DNA from: Octopus sinensis
Lineage: Eukaryota
Length of the DNA stretch: 64,000 bases
Assembly: GCF_006345805.1 (NCBI RefSeq)
Contig: NC_042999.1
Coordinates: forward strand, 69,812,001 to 69,876,000
Direction of reading: 5' to 3'
The notes under the pieces are model-generated. The model was not told where the DNA came from. It did no database searches and was given only the letters and a program-made list of their open reading frames with translations. Each line of letters opens with the position of its first letter. Position 1 is the first letter of the stretch. The position numbers were made by a program, and so were the translations under genes. Positions 62,371 through 64,000 of this stretch are shown here, one piece after another.

Positions 62371-62590
62371 CCCTTTCGTTACCAACCCGGCTGAAACCAG
62401 CTCTGGCTCTGGATACAAATGCCTTGTTTTCATAAGTTTCGAATTAAAATCTTCCACCAAACCTTAGTCACAATTTATATTCCTAACACTAGCTTAATGA
62501 TAACCAAGTTATTTTACTAAATTATTTGTTATATTTAAAATAATTGAAAGAAACACAGAGCATCTCAACAGAAATATGGTAACAAAAGGC
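62371..62590. mobile_element. piggyBac-like MITE (degenerate right end)
   Basis: TTAA|CCCTTTCGTTACC ... GGTAACAAAAGGC. Confidence 0.5.
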
Positions 62591-63103
62591 TCATCAACTA
62601 ATAGTATTCTTTTCAGTGCATTTGTTATTTTAAGGAACAGTGAGCGATGTTATGTCTAGACATTGTAGTAACTATGCAAGGTTGTTGTTATTATTTATCC
62701 CTAAAACATTTAGTGTTGGAAGTATCAAAAATCTAGTTAGAAATAATTATGCTGGGAGCAAAAGGTAACACTAATCAATTGACTAATACTTTAATCATTT
62801 CGGCAAGTATTGTAGACAGCTCCAGTTACATTTTGGCGTGGCATAGACTTCACCGTACTTGCCAGAAAAGAGATGAGAGAATCCTTGCGTAGAGCATTTT
62901 GGGCAAGTATCTTTTACCTTGGCCTCGGTTTGACCCAAGCCTAGTGAATAAAATAAGATAGACCGAAGCTTTATAAAAGCATATCTGATAGACTGTTCAT
63001 GTAATTCAAAAGGTTGGCATTGTTTGACACTGTCACGCTGGTTCTGTTGGAAGATTACTTAAAGAGTCCAAATAAGTGTCTTAATATTTACTCATTTATT
63101 CAT

Positions 63104-63307
63104 TTACTTGTTTCAGTCATTTGACTGTGGCCATATTGGAGCACCGCCGTTAGTCGAGCAAATCGACACCAGGACATTCTTTGTAAGCCTAGTACTTATT
63201 CTATCGGTCTCTTTGGCCGAACCACTAAGTTACAGGGACGTAAACACACCAGCATCGGTTGTCAAGCGATGTCGGGGGGAACAAACACAGACATACAAAC
63301 ATGTACT

Positions 63308-63349
<42 letters not shown>

Positions 63350-63487
63350 CGACGGGCTTCTTTCAGTTTCCGTCTACCAAATCCACTCACAAGGCTTTGG
63401 TCGGACCGAGGCTATAGTAGAAGACACTTGCCCAAGGTGCCACGCAGTGGGACTGAACCCGGAACCATGTGGTTGGTAAGCAAGCTA
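63104..63487 (-). mobile_element. SINE family A, near full length
   Basis: Family A pattern. Confidence 0.85.
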
Positions 63488-63799
63488 TTTTTATTTTTTT
63501 TTTAAGGACTTGTAATTGACTAGATCTGAGAACGGTGTTTCCAACTGAAGTAATTACACCGAAAGAGTCATTTTAGCCATTTCAACATGCGCGCGCGCAC
63601 ACACACACACCTTAAATTCACTTCTCATTTAGTTTTGTGGTGGGTGTCTACATTTTCGTTGCACTAATCACATCTGTGACAACGACCTAGTCGCAATACT
63701 ACGATGAAAATTTTGACACCCCAAGAAAACGCAATTCAAAGTAGCCCTTCCACGATACAGTTGCTACTTTCTTCTTTGGGCCAAAATGCTAACAAATGT

Positions 63800-64000
63800 T
63801 TTTTAATCACGCGATCACGTGACCGACCAGGCTATCAGATGTTGCTACACATCGCTGGTCACAATGCGCTTCGTATTGTTTCATCCTTCAAATGACGAGC
63901 AGGCCAACAGAAGAAAGAGTGAGAGAAAGTTGCGGCGAAAGAGTACAGCAGGGATCGCCACCACCACCTGCCGGAGTCTCGTGGAGCTTTAGGTGTATTC
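63800..64000 (-). mobile_element. SINE with family D upstream body and the tail seen at 35155 (runs off window)
   Basis: 63920-64000 aligns with 28297-28378; 63838-63895 aligns with 35160-35217. Confidence 0.7.

Overview
AT-rich, repeat-saturated eukaryotic DNA. The SINE, Helitron and microsatellite repertoire resembles an Octopus (cephalopod) genome; this is inferred from recalled repeat families, not from a search. Only two convincing host exons were found, both on the minus strand with canonical splice sites: a SEA-like exon at 53928-54103 and a calcium-binding EGF exon at 35976-36125. They suggest a large intron-rich extracellular/mucin-like gene. The rest is decayed mobile DNA: two CR1-clade LINEs, Tx1/L1-like, RTE and R4-like LINE pieces, mariner/maT/Tc1 remnants, non-autonomous Helitrons, piggyBac-like MITEs, dozens of tRNA-derived SINEs and a 2-kb alternating purine-pyrimidine satellite. 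The most interesting signals are: (i) several type I hammerhead-ribozyme motifs of the Penelope-associated minimal kind, including a G3-C8 core variant with intact stems and a 540-bp palindromic element made of two back-to-back tRNA-like heads each followed by a hammerhead, flanked by a 15-bp target-site duplication; (ii) a RACK1 retrocopy with an inverted 5' end; (iii) a young CR1 flanked by an 870-bp near-identical duplication; (iv) two SINE tails whose partner LINE 3' ends are present in the same window. All long ORFs in the supplied track between 0.9 and 5.9 kb are microsatellite artefacts.
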